A stretch of 38,236 nt of DNA from Basidioascus undulatus (Eukaryota): positions 1-38,236 of the forward strand of contig JTLS01000042.1 in assembly GCA_000826855.1 (NCBI GenBank), written 5' to 3'. Numbering within the stretch: the stretch's first letter is position 1; every line of letters starts with the position of its first letter. The notes beneath the pieces are model-generated. The model ran no database searches, was not told the origin of the DNA, and saw only the letters and a list, made by a program, of their open reading frames with translations. Below are positions 1-12,900 of the stretch, in pieces. The position numbers were made by a program, and so were the translations under genes.

Positions 1-1080
1 ATCTAGGAGAGCGGACGAGTGGCTACTGGCGCACCGCTGCGAGGTGGGGCGGAGGAGATGCGCTGCGTGGAGGAGGACGGCTTGAGTAGCCCCGCAGGAA
101 GGCGCGCGCTCGAGGAGCGTGGAGCGGCGGGCCGGGTATTGGGGGGCGCGTTTGTGGAACGCGAGAGGGACGAGGCGGTCGGGCGTGTGAGGGTGCTCGC
201 TGGGCGGGGGATGCGGGAGGACGACGAGGCGCTGTCGGTGGGGCGCGGGAGGGGGAGGGTGGAGAAGAGGGGCGTGGGCTGCGGGGCTTTGGCGTCGAGC
301 AATGAGGACTCTGCTTTGGCATCGGCGCTCGCAGGCTTCTCTGTCTTTGCAGACTCCGGAGCGAGCTTCTTACGCTATCGTTCCTCACTCAGTCAAACGC
401 GTTGCCCGCGCAGTTAGCGACAGAGTCGAACGCACCTGAACCTGAGCTTCAGCCACCCTCAGACCCTTCGGGCGCTCTCTCTCCTTGCCGGCAGCAGTGA
501 CCCTGCTCTTCCTCGGGCTCGCCCGCTTGCGCTCCCTCTTCACATGCGGCGCGCCCCCAAAGACCTCCTCCGCCCTGTTCCTGGGCGCGCCAAAATCGAT
601 CCTGCGCGCTGTCTCCTTGCCAAACTCGAACGGCCCGCTGGCGTTGGCGCCGGCGTTGGTGTTGGCGGGGGCGGGGGTGAAGTCGAAGCTGGCGGTCTTG
701 ACGGGGGAGAGGACGAACGAGAACGGGTTGGAGGGCACGCTCGACGTGGAGGTGTTGGTGCGCGGGCGCTTGGCGGGGGACAGCAGGAGCTCGTCCTCCT
801 CGCCCTGGCCGTTATCGTTCTCGTCCGAGGGCGTGCGGGTTAACGGGCGGGCGCGCTTTGGGGACGAGTACGCGCGCGGCTTCTTTGCGGCCGACTGGAG
901 GAGGATGATCGGGTCCTCGTCGACCTCGTTGACCGCTGCAGCGGGGGCGGGCGCGGAGAAGAGCGATTTGCGCTTCCTGGATTCCTGCGCGTTGGTTGAT
1001 GAGGCGGAGGGCATGCTGGATCGGGTACTCGTGCTCATCGACCGTGTTGTGCGAACGGAGGAGGTTGGCCGGGTGGCCAT
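1..1080 (-). CDS. Uncharacterised Ser/Pro/Arg-rich low-complexity protein with several S/T-P-x-K/R sites; 3' end outside window
   Basis: ATG at 1080-1078 (MATRPTSSVRTTRS...). Exon 436-1080, phase-0 GT..AG intron 375-435, then an exon reading RKKLAPESAKTEKP...LDAKAPQPTPLFSTLPLP that joins ORF 3..302 and runs off the window. No recognisable domain. Confidence 0.7.
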
Positions 1081-1463
1081 GGAGGGCAAATGGACGGTCA
1101 ATGGACGGTATCTGTGAGTGGGCAAGAGACGGGGAGGCGGGGGTGGCGTGGCGTGATCAACTGGCGATGTTCTCTCGGGGTTTGGAAACAAGGATACACA
1201 CAATTCAGGTAGAGTGTTCAGAGAACAGCGTAGACGTAATTGAGGAGAACAAGACAAATCGCGCAGGCGCTCGATCCCTCGGCGACGCGTACTCACGACG
1301 CGGACAGTTTCGGGCATCCTCGGAAAGTCCCCGACGAGCCTTCCCTCACCGCGGACCACCACAGCGGGAGTCGGGGGTCGCAGTGCTCGCGACGCTATCG
1401 CTGTCGTTCACCATCATTTCGCATAACCTCGATCATTACAGTCGCACTTTCACTCCAAGGCCC

Positions 1464-4400
1464 ATGATGGCCGCCCCTGTATCCGACCAAGGCGGCCAGA
1501 ACGACGAAGGTGGTGTCCACCAAGACTCGCTTGTCCGTCTTCCCTGCTCCCCCCCCACCCCCCGGTGGTTCTAATCGCCTACACTTTCCCCTTCATAGAC
1601 ACTAGGCCAGCTTAAGCAGCTCACCTCTGCGTTTCCCAAGCCGCGCAAAGAGACATTCGCGTTCCGATATGACGACACGGACACCATACTCGCCGAGCTC
1701 GACGAGTTCTACTCGTATGTTGAGGTGCCTGCCGTGCTCGAGGCGAGGGACGAGTGGGTCCGGACGGGCGAGGGCGGTGCGTGTTCGTACTTCAGAGATT
1801 TCTATATAGGGGAACATTGGGCTAATGCGGTGGGGCCACAGAGTGGACCAAGATGAGCCAGGAGGAGAGGAGGGAGCTCGTGCGCCGCAAGTTGGACGGG
1901 CTGGATGCGAAGGATACGGGCGAGCGATTGGCCCATGCACGGAAGCTACTCTACATCCTCCAAGGTGCGCTTCTTCTTTATTTCCACACCACCCCCACCC
2001 CCTCCGGCATCAGCTCATCCCTCTCGACCAGGCACCTTCGCCGAGACGACCTCACCCGAGCACCAGCTGCACTGGGTGATCGAGAACGCCAAAACCGTGC
2101 GCGCCGCCTCGCCGAGCGCGATCCCCGCCATCGTCGACGCGCTCAAGGCCGCGTCGGCGCAGCACGAGTGGCTGAGCCTCGAGCCGCGCGAGCTAAGCGC
2201 GCAGGAGCGCGCGGAGCTCACTGAGGATGTCAATGCCGAGATCGCGACGTACTTTGCTATGCTGTATTTTGTCGTGGAGGTTTTTAGGGGGGAGGAGGCG
2301 TTTCGGGACGAGCTGAGTGAGTGGGGGGTGTGGGGGAGGAGGACGGGGAGAGGGCTGATGATGGATGGAGCACGCAGTGGATCTGGACCCGCCCCTGCCG
2401 ACTTATCTGTTTACGCTCGTCGCGGCGCTGAGGGACAAGACAGCGAAGGGGTATCCGGTCAAGAAGGTGCGTCAGCTTCCGGATTCAGGCCCTCCCGTTC
2501 CAAGGCTGACCGGACGTTACAACACTCAGCTGCTTCTCCTGTTGTGGAAGACGCTTTTGGCCTGCCTGGGCGGGATGCGCGACATCGAGCGCGTCAAGAA
2601 GCTCTCGCGCGAGCTCTCTGGCCTGGCGCCTTCTGCTGAACCCCCAGCCGATTCCGCAGGTGCGTACACATAACTCGCCCTTCGCCTGGCCGCTCATTAA
2701 TGCATGGTCCCTTTTAGCCCCCTTCGTCAAGACCACCCCCCTTGACTTCGATACCTTCCGGCACGAAATGGCGGTCAAGTACCCGACGTTCGCCGCCGCT
2801 CCCGAAGCCGGATCCACCTCAACCTCGTATGACCGGCTCGCGAGTGCGATCGCGCCGATCCCGGTCCGACCGTCCTATCACGACCGCAGCGGAACCTCCT
2901 CCTTCGCGGGGTTCGAGTCCTCGTCCTCCGGCGTGCCCGCGCCCGCAGGCCCGCTCCCCGCAACACCGGCGCCAACGCCCCCGCCCTCGCCCGCGCCGCC
3001 CAAGCCGAAGAAGCAGCAGTTTCAAACCGACCAGTCCAAGCCGTTCGTCTTCCCCTTCAGCGCGGCCGCGCACGGCGCGCGCTTCGTGCCGTACTCGATC
3101 GAGGAGGCGGGCCAGCTCTACGCAAGGCACATGCACGTCTCGACGGGGCTGTGGCAGATGTGGGCCGTGCGCGAGGAGTGCATCGCCGAGGAGGGCCCGG
3201 TGGGGTACAAGGCGCGCGCGGCGGCCGCGGCGGCGGAGGAGGAGGGGGAAGGCGAGCGAAGGAGGAAGGAGAAGGAGGAGGAGCGGGAGAGGGAGAGGAG
3301 GGAGGAGGAGGAGAGGGACCCCCTGAAGGCGCTGAGGGAACGGGATGCGGGGTTGGAGAGGGAGGTGCGGGACGCGGAGGAGAGCGGGGATAAGGCGCGC
3401 GTGCGGTGCGCAAGGGAGAGGAGATCGGACCTCAAGAGGCTCATGCGCATCGAGGTCATCTATGTGCGTCTTCCCACTCTTCCAGCACCAACCAACAGCC
3501 CCTGCTGTATAGATCAGATGATCTTGACGCCTCCCTGCACCGATACAGCGCGCCATCCTCCCCACCCTACAAAACAGCGTCATCGTTCTCCTCAAGCTCC
3601 TCCTCGCAACCGTCACCGCGAACGGGCCCAACCCGAACGCGCAGGCCGGTCCAAACGGGGTGTTCACTGAAGGTGGGGCGGGCGCCTCGCGTCTTAACTC
3701 GCTCACCGGCGCTGGAGCTGACGGATGAGGGTGGTTGCCTGATCCGTTTTCGGTTTTTGGCAGATGACCAGCCGCCCCCGACGCTCGAGGACATCGACGT
3801 CATGCGGCACCGCGAGATCACGTCCAAGGCTGTGAGCGCAATCATCCTGCTTATGCTCAAGTGGTTCAAGGCGTCCCGTGCGTTTCTCCCCTTCGCCTTC
3901 TGTGACAACGGCGTGTCGACGAGTGGCTGCGCTGGGTGGACAGACGTCATGAAGTTCCACTGGCTCGGGACGCTCCTTGTTGACTCCAACTGCCTGCTCC
4001 TCATCCTCAAGATGTTCGGGCTGCAGGAGGTGTCGGTCACGGTGCGGGCGAAGAACGAGGTGGAGGACAGCAAGTGCGTCTCCTTTCCTTCTCCCCCTTC
4101 CCCCTTCCCCTGACCTTCGCTCTTCGCGCCGCAGCTTCTTCCGCTACTGCCTCCTGCACGGCTCGAGCTCCCCGCACGCCGCGCGGCCGGAGGACGACGT
4201 CCTCGGCGGCGGCGGGGGCGGGGGCGGGACGCAGATGACAATCGTGAACGGCGAGGAGGTGAACCTCATCACGGACTACTCGTGGCGCAACTTTTTCGCG
4301 AGCGTCAACTTTACGCGCATCCTCCAGAAGCTCAGCAAGCGACGGACGCACCGCGTGCTCTTGCTAGTGCAGTACAAGAGCTCCGTGCGTGGGAGGGAAT

Positions 4401-6036
4401 GGGAGAGGGGAGAGGGGGATGAATGCTGATCCCGGGCGGGGGGACAGGCTATTTTGAAGCGGATACTCAAAGTCTCCCATCCGCTGCTTCAACTCTACGT
4501 CCTCAAGGTCATCAAGGGCCAGGTGCCGTACTGCGGCCGAAAGTGGCGACAATGTACGGACCCACCTCTTTGACACGCAGCACCGAGGCTGACAAACATG
4601 CTTGGATTGGGACCGCAGCAAATATGAAGGTCATCACGGCCATCTACCTCAACTGCCGACCGGATCTGCGCGACGAGTGGCTAGCGGGCGCGGACGTTGA
4701 TGCGGACATCGAGGAGTCTTTGGTGCGTTCGACGGTGTTCGAATCCTTGCATTAATGAGAATATGTGTGCTAACTCCGCCTGCGATAGCCTCAAGAACAG
4801 GCGCTTCGGTCACTGATCCGCTTCTGTGGGTGCTCTGATCTTGACAGCCGCTCTTCGCTTTATCTCAGCGGGCTCACTGGTGATCGCGGTCAGACAACAC
4901 CAAGCACTACGGCTTCTCGGGCACGGCACAACCAGGCGGCCACCGGCGGGCATCGAGCCAGCTCGGGGCCGCCGCGCCGTTCGAGGACCTCCGGACGTCG
5001 CCAGAAGGCCGGCGCGTCTCGGTCTCGTCTAACCGGGGCGAGGACGACGTCTTCCCGCCGCCGCATGCGCGGCCGTCCGATCAGGCCTCGCTCGCTTGGA
5101 TGCCGGACGACATCTTCGAGTCTGTCTTCTTCCCGTGGTTGCCCTTGATGCTGTGATAATGGTACTGATGATGTGGATGATCGGTACGAACAGCATGCAC
5201 GACTACGAGGATGTTCTGCACGAGATCTTTGGTGGGCTCGACGAGGAGCAGTACGACGCCCATGGGCACGAGATCGCATTGCGCGAGCTCAACCTCGACA
5301 AGCTCGACCGCGACTCAGTCGCGTGGAACCGGCTGGCTGAGATGCTCGGCCCCGACATCGCGGACGATATCAGCGATAGCGAGAGGTGCGTCTCCGTCCA
5401 AAGTGTGCCTGGCTTTTCCGCGGCTGAAGCTAGAAGGATCGGACAGCATCGTCACCGTTGGCGACCTTGGCGAACCCCGACAACTCGACAACGGCCGTGA
5501 GGGCGACGTGCCCGAGGAGAATCCAGGGCAGAACAATTGGGAGGTATGTCCTTCTTCCCTTTCTCTCCTTTCGCTTTTCTAAAAAGATTTCATCCATGCT
5601 TACCCGACAAACATGTTAGCACATCTCCGCCCAAACGCTCGCCAAGCTGCCGCCCTCGCCCTCTGGGCCGCAAGCGCGCCGCCGCAGCTCAGGCGGGTCC
5701 AACCTCCGCCCCGTCCTGCCGTTCGGGCTCGAGGACGCGACGGCGGCAGGGTCGGCCGTCGCGGACGAGGACGCCGCACAGCCGCTGCCACCCCCGGAGG
5801 GGAACCCGCCCGCGACGCACTTTGCTGGGGGCGCGGGAGGACTGGGAGTGGATGAGGTCGAGGTGCGGGGTTTCGTTCTCGCTTGTGTGGGTTTGCGGTC
5901 GAGGGTCAAGACTGACTTGCTTGCGCTGTTGTTTGCTTTGCGATCCCCGTTCGGCAGTATCTGTATGGCGGTAAGTCTTCTGGCATCCCGAGTGGCAGGT
6001 CACACGAACTGACATTAACGTTGTCTGTCAGAATGA
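1464..6036 (+). CDS. FAR11: Far11/STRIP1-2 (FAM40, HAM-2/PRO22) family STRIPAK subunit, N1221 + DUF3402 domains; multi-exon
   Basis: Spliced translation gives family-typical segments: TLGQLKQL...FAFRYDDTDTILAELDEFYSYVE, LLYILQGTFAETTSPEHQLHWV, GYPVKKLLLLLWKTLLACLGG, FRHEMAVKYPTF, QQFQTDQSKPFVFPF, VPYSIEEAGQLY, DVMRHREITSKAVSAIILLMLKWFK, YSWRNFFASVNFTRILQKLSK, LLLVQYKSSAILKR, NMKVITAIYLNCRPDLRDEWL. It ends VDEVEYLYGE* via a 13-nt exon (5958-5970) and TGA at 6034-6036. Confidence 0.93.
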
Positions 6037-6646
6037 ACTCGACTCGCATTGTTTACCTGTTCGTTTCTTCGTCTCTGTTTCGCCGGCGCCTGACGTGCCT
6101 CGCAAATATACCCAGCCTGCACGTTTGATCGACGTCTGTTTGCTTTGTACATCCATGGCGATATCCATGTGATTCCCAATGTCATGGGCTAGGAACTTAT
6201 TGACCTGCCGCCCAAATGACTACCTTCGAGAACACTGCCCAAATCACCTCAACTGAAAGACTTAGGGCGGCTGGACACGGCTACGGCAAGTCGGCTTGAC
6301 ACCGGTACGAAGTCTCGTGAGACGGAGCACTGAAGAGGCCGGCCTGTGGAGGCGACTCGGCAGCAGCGGGCGGATCATCTGCCTTCGCTCGTTTTACAAA
6401 TACTCGGTGGGTTCGACCAGTTCCACTGTATTTTATATTGTGTTTATTCGCACAGATTGGACTCTCAGACGGACGTTCGGCCGGGACGCAAAGTGCGCGA
6501 AGTGCAGTTCAGAACCTCGTGACTCACAGCGGTCTAACCGCTTGTCTCGCTGCGTTTGTCATCATCCCCTTAACAACCTCTCTCTCCATCTTCCCATCAG
6601 AAATCATCTCAGAGACAAGACCCTACCATCTATTGTCTCCTTCAGA

Positions 6647-8409
6647 ATGACGACCCAGACAACTACCTCGCGCGCTGCCGAGCAGACGTACTCGATCGAG
6701 CTTCCGGGCCCGCCTGGTGTGCTGCCTTTCCCGAAGGATGTACCCACAGTGCCGCTCTTGGTCATCGAGTGGGAAAAGGTAAGCATTCCAAGAATAATTT
6801 TCATGTTCCAGAAGTTGAACTAATGTATGTCACAGCTCGACGACCCCGAAGAGCGTAAGCGACTCGTCGAGGCATGCACGAGTGAGCGCTGTTCTGCTTC
6901 GTCTTTAAGCGGACCCACCATTAGCAGAGACACTGAACTCTTTGCTTCCGTACAGCCACGGGCTTCTTCTAGTAAGTATTCAGGCGTTGAATATTACACT
7001 GCCGTTGCTGAGTGGCGACGCTGCAGCCTGCACAAAACCCCTGTGGACCCCGCGCCCATGTTCGAGTTGGCCGACGAGGTCTTCGCACTCCCAATGGATG
7101 AGAAGATGAAGGTGTGAACTGCCCTTCCACACTGCTAGTTTTTGCATAAGCTTATGACGAATGATCTGAGCAGTACGACATGGGCACTACTGGCAACTAC
7201 TTCGTAGGCTCCCCTCTGAGAGGTCGCATAGTCCATCTGCTGTTCCTAACCAAGCGCCTGCCATAGGGGTACAAAAAGCAAGGCGCTATGACTTATGACG
7301 CAGACGGAACGCCCGACTTGATCGAGTTTATGAACATCTCGAAGGACGACGCGCTTCAGCAGTCGCCGCAGCCGCTCGCGCAGCCTGAACCGGTTGCAAA
7401 GAACATGCACAAGGTGGGTCTTCGGCATGCTAGTGACTTTGTGCTTAAATTTTCTCGTCAAATAGATCAGGGAGTACACTGAGGCGAGCCACACCGTCGT
7501 GCGCAAGATCTTGGAGGTTCTTTCGATCGAGCTGGGCCTTGAGCCCGACTTCTTGGGCAAGCTGCACGACAAGGCACAGCTCTCTGGAGACCAGGTGCGC
7601 ACAGTCGTTTAGCTACTGTGTTAGTATCTCAGTGTATTCATAGCTGTGGGTTTTCCCAAAGACTCGCTTTGCTCGGTCGCCGCCTGTTCCTAAGGGCGCG
7701 AAGGTCAAGGATGACCAGACGCTAGGAGCTCACAGTGGGTCGAAAGCTGTCGCCGTTTACGATCCTTGAGCTGACTTGCCCCCGGTGTATCCTAGCCGAT
7801 TACGGCAGTGTGACCGTCCTGCACAACCGCCTTGGAGGACTACAAGTGCGGCCTGATGGAGTGACCTGGGCGTTGAGTTTTTTCACATTGCTCGTAGCAG
7901 CGCAGGAAGTTCGATCACTGAGAATGCACAACTAGATATGTGCGGCCGCTAAAGGACTGCGCCGTGATCAACCTGGGCGACGCGATCGCAAAGATGACCG
8001 GTAAGACTCGATCCTGCTAACTGATTCTTTCACGCTATAACCTTGAGGCTGACCTCTTGTGTCTAGGCAACTTCCTCAAGTCCTCGCTGCACCGCGTTGT
8101 GTCTCCCCCAGGCGTGCAGGCTTCAACCCCCCGCACTTCGGTCGTCTACTTCAGTCGTCCCGCAAACGATGTGCTGCTTGCTCCTGTTCCCAGCAAGTAT
8201 GTCAAGGTTGACGACCAAGGGCCTTACCCCTCTGCTGGCGAATGGATCGCTAGACGCGCGAGGAACATGATGGTGGCAAACCACAAGGTACGCTGGCCGC
8301 GGATGGAAGCCGGCGAGGTGCTCCCACTTGTAGCTGACCCCAACAAACATAGGGAGAGGAGACGTTCAAGGCAGGAAGGGGTACCGAAGCCACCGACGTG
8401 GGCAGGTGA
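6647..8409 (+). CDS. 2-oxoglutarate/Fe(II)-dependent dioxygenase (DIOX_N + 2OG-FeII_Oxy, isopenicillin N synthase-like); multi-exon
   Basis: ATG at 6647. Spliced product includes VPTVPLLVIEWEKL...LVEACTTTGFFYL, FALPMDEKMKYDMG..GNYFGYK, LGAHTDYGSVTVL (HxD), GGLQV, VINLGDAIAKMTG, LKSSLHRV (distal His) and RTSVVYFSRP (RxS). TGA at 8407-8409. Confidence 0.92.
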
Positions 8410-9099
8410 ACCTCGCCCGATAATGAAGAAATGCGGGGGCGAGATACTGAACGAAAGGGATCGCTTATCGATCATACGTGTCGAATGAATAGTGCTTTTT
8501 TCTTGACGTGCAGTCCCTCTCTCTGTTGTACTTCGCGTTTTGTGCCATAGCGAAAGACTCATGAGGCTTCGTTATGCAAGCCCACCCGCCGTCTTGACTG
8601 TTCGTCATCTGTGAGCTTCGTACACCTTAGACGGGGCTGATTTGAGCATAATGCAACATGCCGCATAGTACGTACTGGTTCCGTTAAGAAAAAAGTGATG
8701 CGTAACCTGACATTTCAGTTCTGTATCGCACCTCTGACTCGGCAGCCTCTCCCTGCCACGCAGTTTCAATACGAGCTGGCAGACCAGGCAATCCAGGTTC
8801 TACAAAATACCAGAGCTCAAAGCTCATATTTATGTGTAGAGGCAATTCAAAGGTATGCCCTCTGGCATGAGCAGCTAAAAAATGGGCAGTTTCTGTACTG
8901 TTTCTTCATCGCAGCGCAATCATGACCTGCATGGCGAAATCATTTGAAGGTTCTTTTGTCCCGCCTGAGACCACAGCAGAGGGAAAGGTCTTGATAGTGC
9001 AAGGGAAACATGAAGCATTTGACCAAGAAGTCTTTGCAGACCAAGCATACAATTCCAAGAGGCCGTCGGTGCTGCTGCGAGTCAGACTTCCACGCCTAC

Positions 9100-9945
9100 T
9101 GAGCCTCAAGAGCTCAAGAGTCCTCTGGCCGCTTTCGAGGACGTCCGTCCTCATGCCCCCCCCCTCCTTCCACTCTTCAGTTCCTCCTTCAGCAGGCTCA
9201 CCTCGCGCTTTGTCTTCTCCAGCTCAACCTCCAGCTCCTCCGCCGGCTCCCACCACCGGATCGCCAAGTCCTTGTGATACCCCTCACTCTTCCTCTCGGC
9301 CCCTTCCCTTCCATCACGACTGCCCTGGCCCTCAGTGCGCTCTAGGTATCCACTCGGACTTCCTCGACGCTTCATTGAGGACAACGCACTCGGACTTCTG
9401 CGACGCTTCCTGGAAGACGACCGGGGCGTCGCAGCGCGAGGCGCGCGAGGGTTGACGTACATCCCGGAGAGCTGTTCCCAGGATATAGGGTGCTTGGTGA
9501 GTAGCGCGCTCGGTTTGCCTGGCCAGCTGGACTTCTAGACGGCAGCCGTGGAAGGAGGCGCCGTTGAGCGTGCGGCAGGCCTCGTTGGCGGCGGACACCG
9601 AGTAGAGCGAAGCGAATCCGAAGACCGATTGCGACGGGTGGGGTTTCTGCAAGAGTGGGGAATAGAGATGTCGGCACTGCCTTGTGAGCTCGGTAAGCAG
9701 CAGCATCTTGCATATGAGGGTCCTTAAAGAAATGGAGGGGCTCGTGGACTGACACTGGACCAAGCCGTGCAAGGAAAGCGAGCAGGAAGTCGACGGGCGT
9801 GTCGAACCCCTCGTGCAAGTTCAAACTCACTGAGATGTGTCTGATATAACGCCGGGAAGTTGAGATGGAGGGCTTCGGCGCCGGAAAACAGTTCGCGGAC
9901 GTCGCGGACGCCCATGTGCGCAATCCGGCAAGGACCAGCGGCCCG
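9100..9945 (-). pseudogene. Degenerate RRM-domain gene followed by a coiled-coil-like segment
   Basis: RRM-like pieces lie in different frames: LVLAGL (RNP2-like), DVRELFS (helix 1), SVFGFASL (RNP1-like), SAANEACRTLNGASFHGCRLEVQLA (helix 2/beta4). An in-frame stop follows at 9332, then ELEVELEKTKREVSLLKEELK in another frame. Confidence 0.5.
9351..9422. repeat. Two diverged tandem copies of a 36-bp unit
   Basis: cactcggacttcctcgacgcttcattgaggacaacg (9351) and cactcggacttctgcgacgcttcctggaagacgacc (9387); on the minus strand these encode VVFQEASQKSE / VVLNEASRKSE. Confidence 0.8.
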
Positions 9946-12900
9946 CAGTTTTACGTTCGTTTTACCAACAGGTCACAACTACCCAACCCTTGTAGAAAAT
10001 TGAAGGTCTAAAGTGTCACGTCCTGTCATAGGCAACAACTTTGGAATTTCGGGCCCTGCAAATCAGCTCGTGCAAGCAAGTCTAGGTGCATGACGAATGT
10101 TAACCTCAGTGCTCCAGTGTATTAGCCTTGGTTTGTCGACAGATTTAGACAGTCTTCACAGACTTCATGGGCCACTGTACATTCTGGAGCATATTGAGGC
10201 AAACTATGCAGCAGATCATGACTCGCACGTACATATGTTCGGCTGCGAGATAGGGATGTCTGCACCACGACCAAACTGGAGCGAGGCTGCGTGTGGAAGT
10301 GAAGGACTTTCTTCGCGCTTCGAATATTGAGTCTGCAGAGGTTTTATTTGAGGATTCCACAAGCATAGGTTGCTGCTCGCCGGCTGAATACACATTGCGA
10401 AGCGATTCAGATACTGCAACAAAGGACTGACAGTGCGCAACGCACACCTCGCGTGCGTTGATACTGGGCAATGACTGGTGTTGCACTTAAATCAGTAGAA
10501 CTCAGAAATAGAAACATATCCAGACACACTCTCACAATTTCGCTGCCGGTGCCCAATCACACCTGCGTTCAGGCAGACTGTTGCAGTACTACCCTGCCGG
10601 CATGTCGGGGATCTCTAATTTCACTTGCATGTGATGGTCTGACAGTTTTCAGAGATCTTATGAGGGTAAGGAGACACTGTGACAGTGCACATTTGTGCAG
10701 ATCTGACCTGGCGTGAAGCGCAAAGGGTTGGGAAGGGTATGCAGGTCTCATGTGGCCGTCATCACTCATGGGCTAGGTATTCTGCTCGCTCCATGTACAC
10801 TTCGATACTGTAAAAGTAAAGGAATATTACATGAAAGAACCTGTAACTACTCAGCCTTTCTCAGATACACACCATGGTATGAAGCGCTTCAGGCTCGGCT
10901 GCATCGCAGCACTGATTCTGGTCCTCACCGCCATGCCCTCTGCAAACTAAGGCATTTGACTAACCACAAGTATTCATCCCCTTCTTTACAGACCGAAGGA
11001 GATGAACTTTCCAAGAACTAGCATACCCTTCACAAGCAAGTCATATCCTCCGGAGGCTCCGAGTGTCTTGGAGTTACTGCAGTTCTCGTTGCGGGCTTCT
11101 CCCGTTGGCTCGGTGTCAAACTCCGCCGTAGCCGTCAGGCCTGCCGACCAGGGGAGGCCTTGTTTGGAGGGAGTCGCAGTCGGTGCGGGTCCGGTTGCCG
11201 TAAAGCTCTCGGAGAGCAAGAAGGCTGGTAGATGTATGGGCCGGGGCAGTGCACTCGTCCGCCGCTGAGGGATTGGACGTGTACGCATAAATGATGTTCC
11301 AGGCACCTCATACCTGAAAGAAATTTCCCGTAAGAACTCAACAGTTCCACGAGAATACTGCGTTGAAAGAACGCACATTCCGGGCTGGTCGGGATAGAAA
11401 AGGAACGTCCCGAACTCACCAGGCACGGTCTGCCAAAGCGTCGGGTTTCACATTGAGCAGGGGCGCCCGTCCCTCAGCGTAGTTGGCTGGCTCTTCCCGC
11501 TTCCACTAACCCGCTCAAAGACCCTCCCATTCTGGTAGGCTCAATCAACGCGTGTGATGCGTGCGACGCCGTACTACTGCCTGTTTTCGCTCGACTCCCC
11601 GACGCCCAAGGTGACCCACTGGCCTTTAACACAGCCGCGATGCGAGTTTAAGATAGTAAATACACAAGGAAGATAGACCCACCGACTTTCACAGGGCTGT
11701 CAGGCCAAACGAGCACTACGTCGTCGGGTGGAGACGCTGCCTCGACCGATGAGTGAAGCATGAGGAGGAACACAAGGGCGATATAAGAATGTTAGGCATT
11801 TTGGGAAATTGAGTTTAACTAAATGATTGGGAGTGTGGAAGAGGGGAGTGGGTGAACACTATTTGCAGTCAACGAAGGCTGCGAGTTGTTATCACGGCAA
11901 TGGGCCACTGGCACGGTGCACGGGTAGACACCGCCATGCGGACGTCTCTAGAGCGACATGATGTTGCGATCTATCGTTGTGTCGAGAATAAATACAGTAC
12001 TTCTTTATTCTCACACGCACATTCCGTCCCTCGAGGCCGTCTTGGAAGAAGTCCTCCGCGGTGGTGTGCGACGTGGAATCCGTCCATACGAAACTTCTCC
12101 AGGAACGGCGAGCGCAACTTCGCGAAGAGGCACTTACACTGCAAGATGTCCCAGGTTACAAGGACGATGATGAAGAACTTCCGGGAAACTTCATGAAGTG
12201 ATGCGACACACGTGCCTTTGGAGTTGACAAAGGATGTGCAATACAATACTGCAACCAAGCGCGACCAACGATTTTCGCGGGTTGACAACGGCCAGGCGCC
12301 TGTATATTCCTGAACACCAGATAATCTTGTACAGCCAAACTGGGTACAGCTCGCAGTCTGTTTGTCGACTGGTGTATGACTGTGGCTGAGTGCATAATGC
12401 GGGGCCTTTAAACAGCTAGAGACCTCCTGAGTGAGAGCGTTCTCGGATATATTGGACGATCTATTATTTACATAAATTCTCGGCCGCTTATTCCCTACAA
12501 ACTTTCGGTTTTCTCACACCTCAGCAGCCGCTCCATCCTATGCAGTCTAGAAACGAACTGCCAGCTCGGATTCTCCTCAGAAAAGCGGAGTGCCTCCTAC
12601 TCAAAAGCTATTTCTAACTCAATTTGTATGGCAGGACGGTCCCATGCATTGCATGCAGAGCGGACGGTTTGGCACTGCTGCACGGCACCGCACTCTTCTC
12701 CTAGCTTGCTGGCCAACCCGGCTTTTTGTTCACGGGGCAGACTATTTTCAGCACACTCATCAGTCCTTCCGAGTGTTTCAAGTTCGAGTGGGCGGATCTC
12801 GCTTTCGTGGTTTGCAAGTGCATACCCTCCTCAAGTCGCCCCACGCACATTCCAGTCCTGCACCGACACCCGTACCTCTTCTGACCCACTCGCCACTCGC

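Noticed and set aside
10014..10700. Solo LTR (TGTCACG...GTGACA) and short palindromes cactgt-g-acagtg and tgcaca-tt-tgtgca
   Set aside because: No target-site duplication, no second copy, and the palindromes are short enough to occur by chance.
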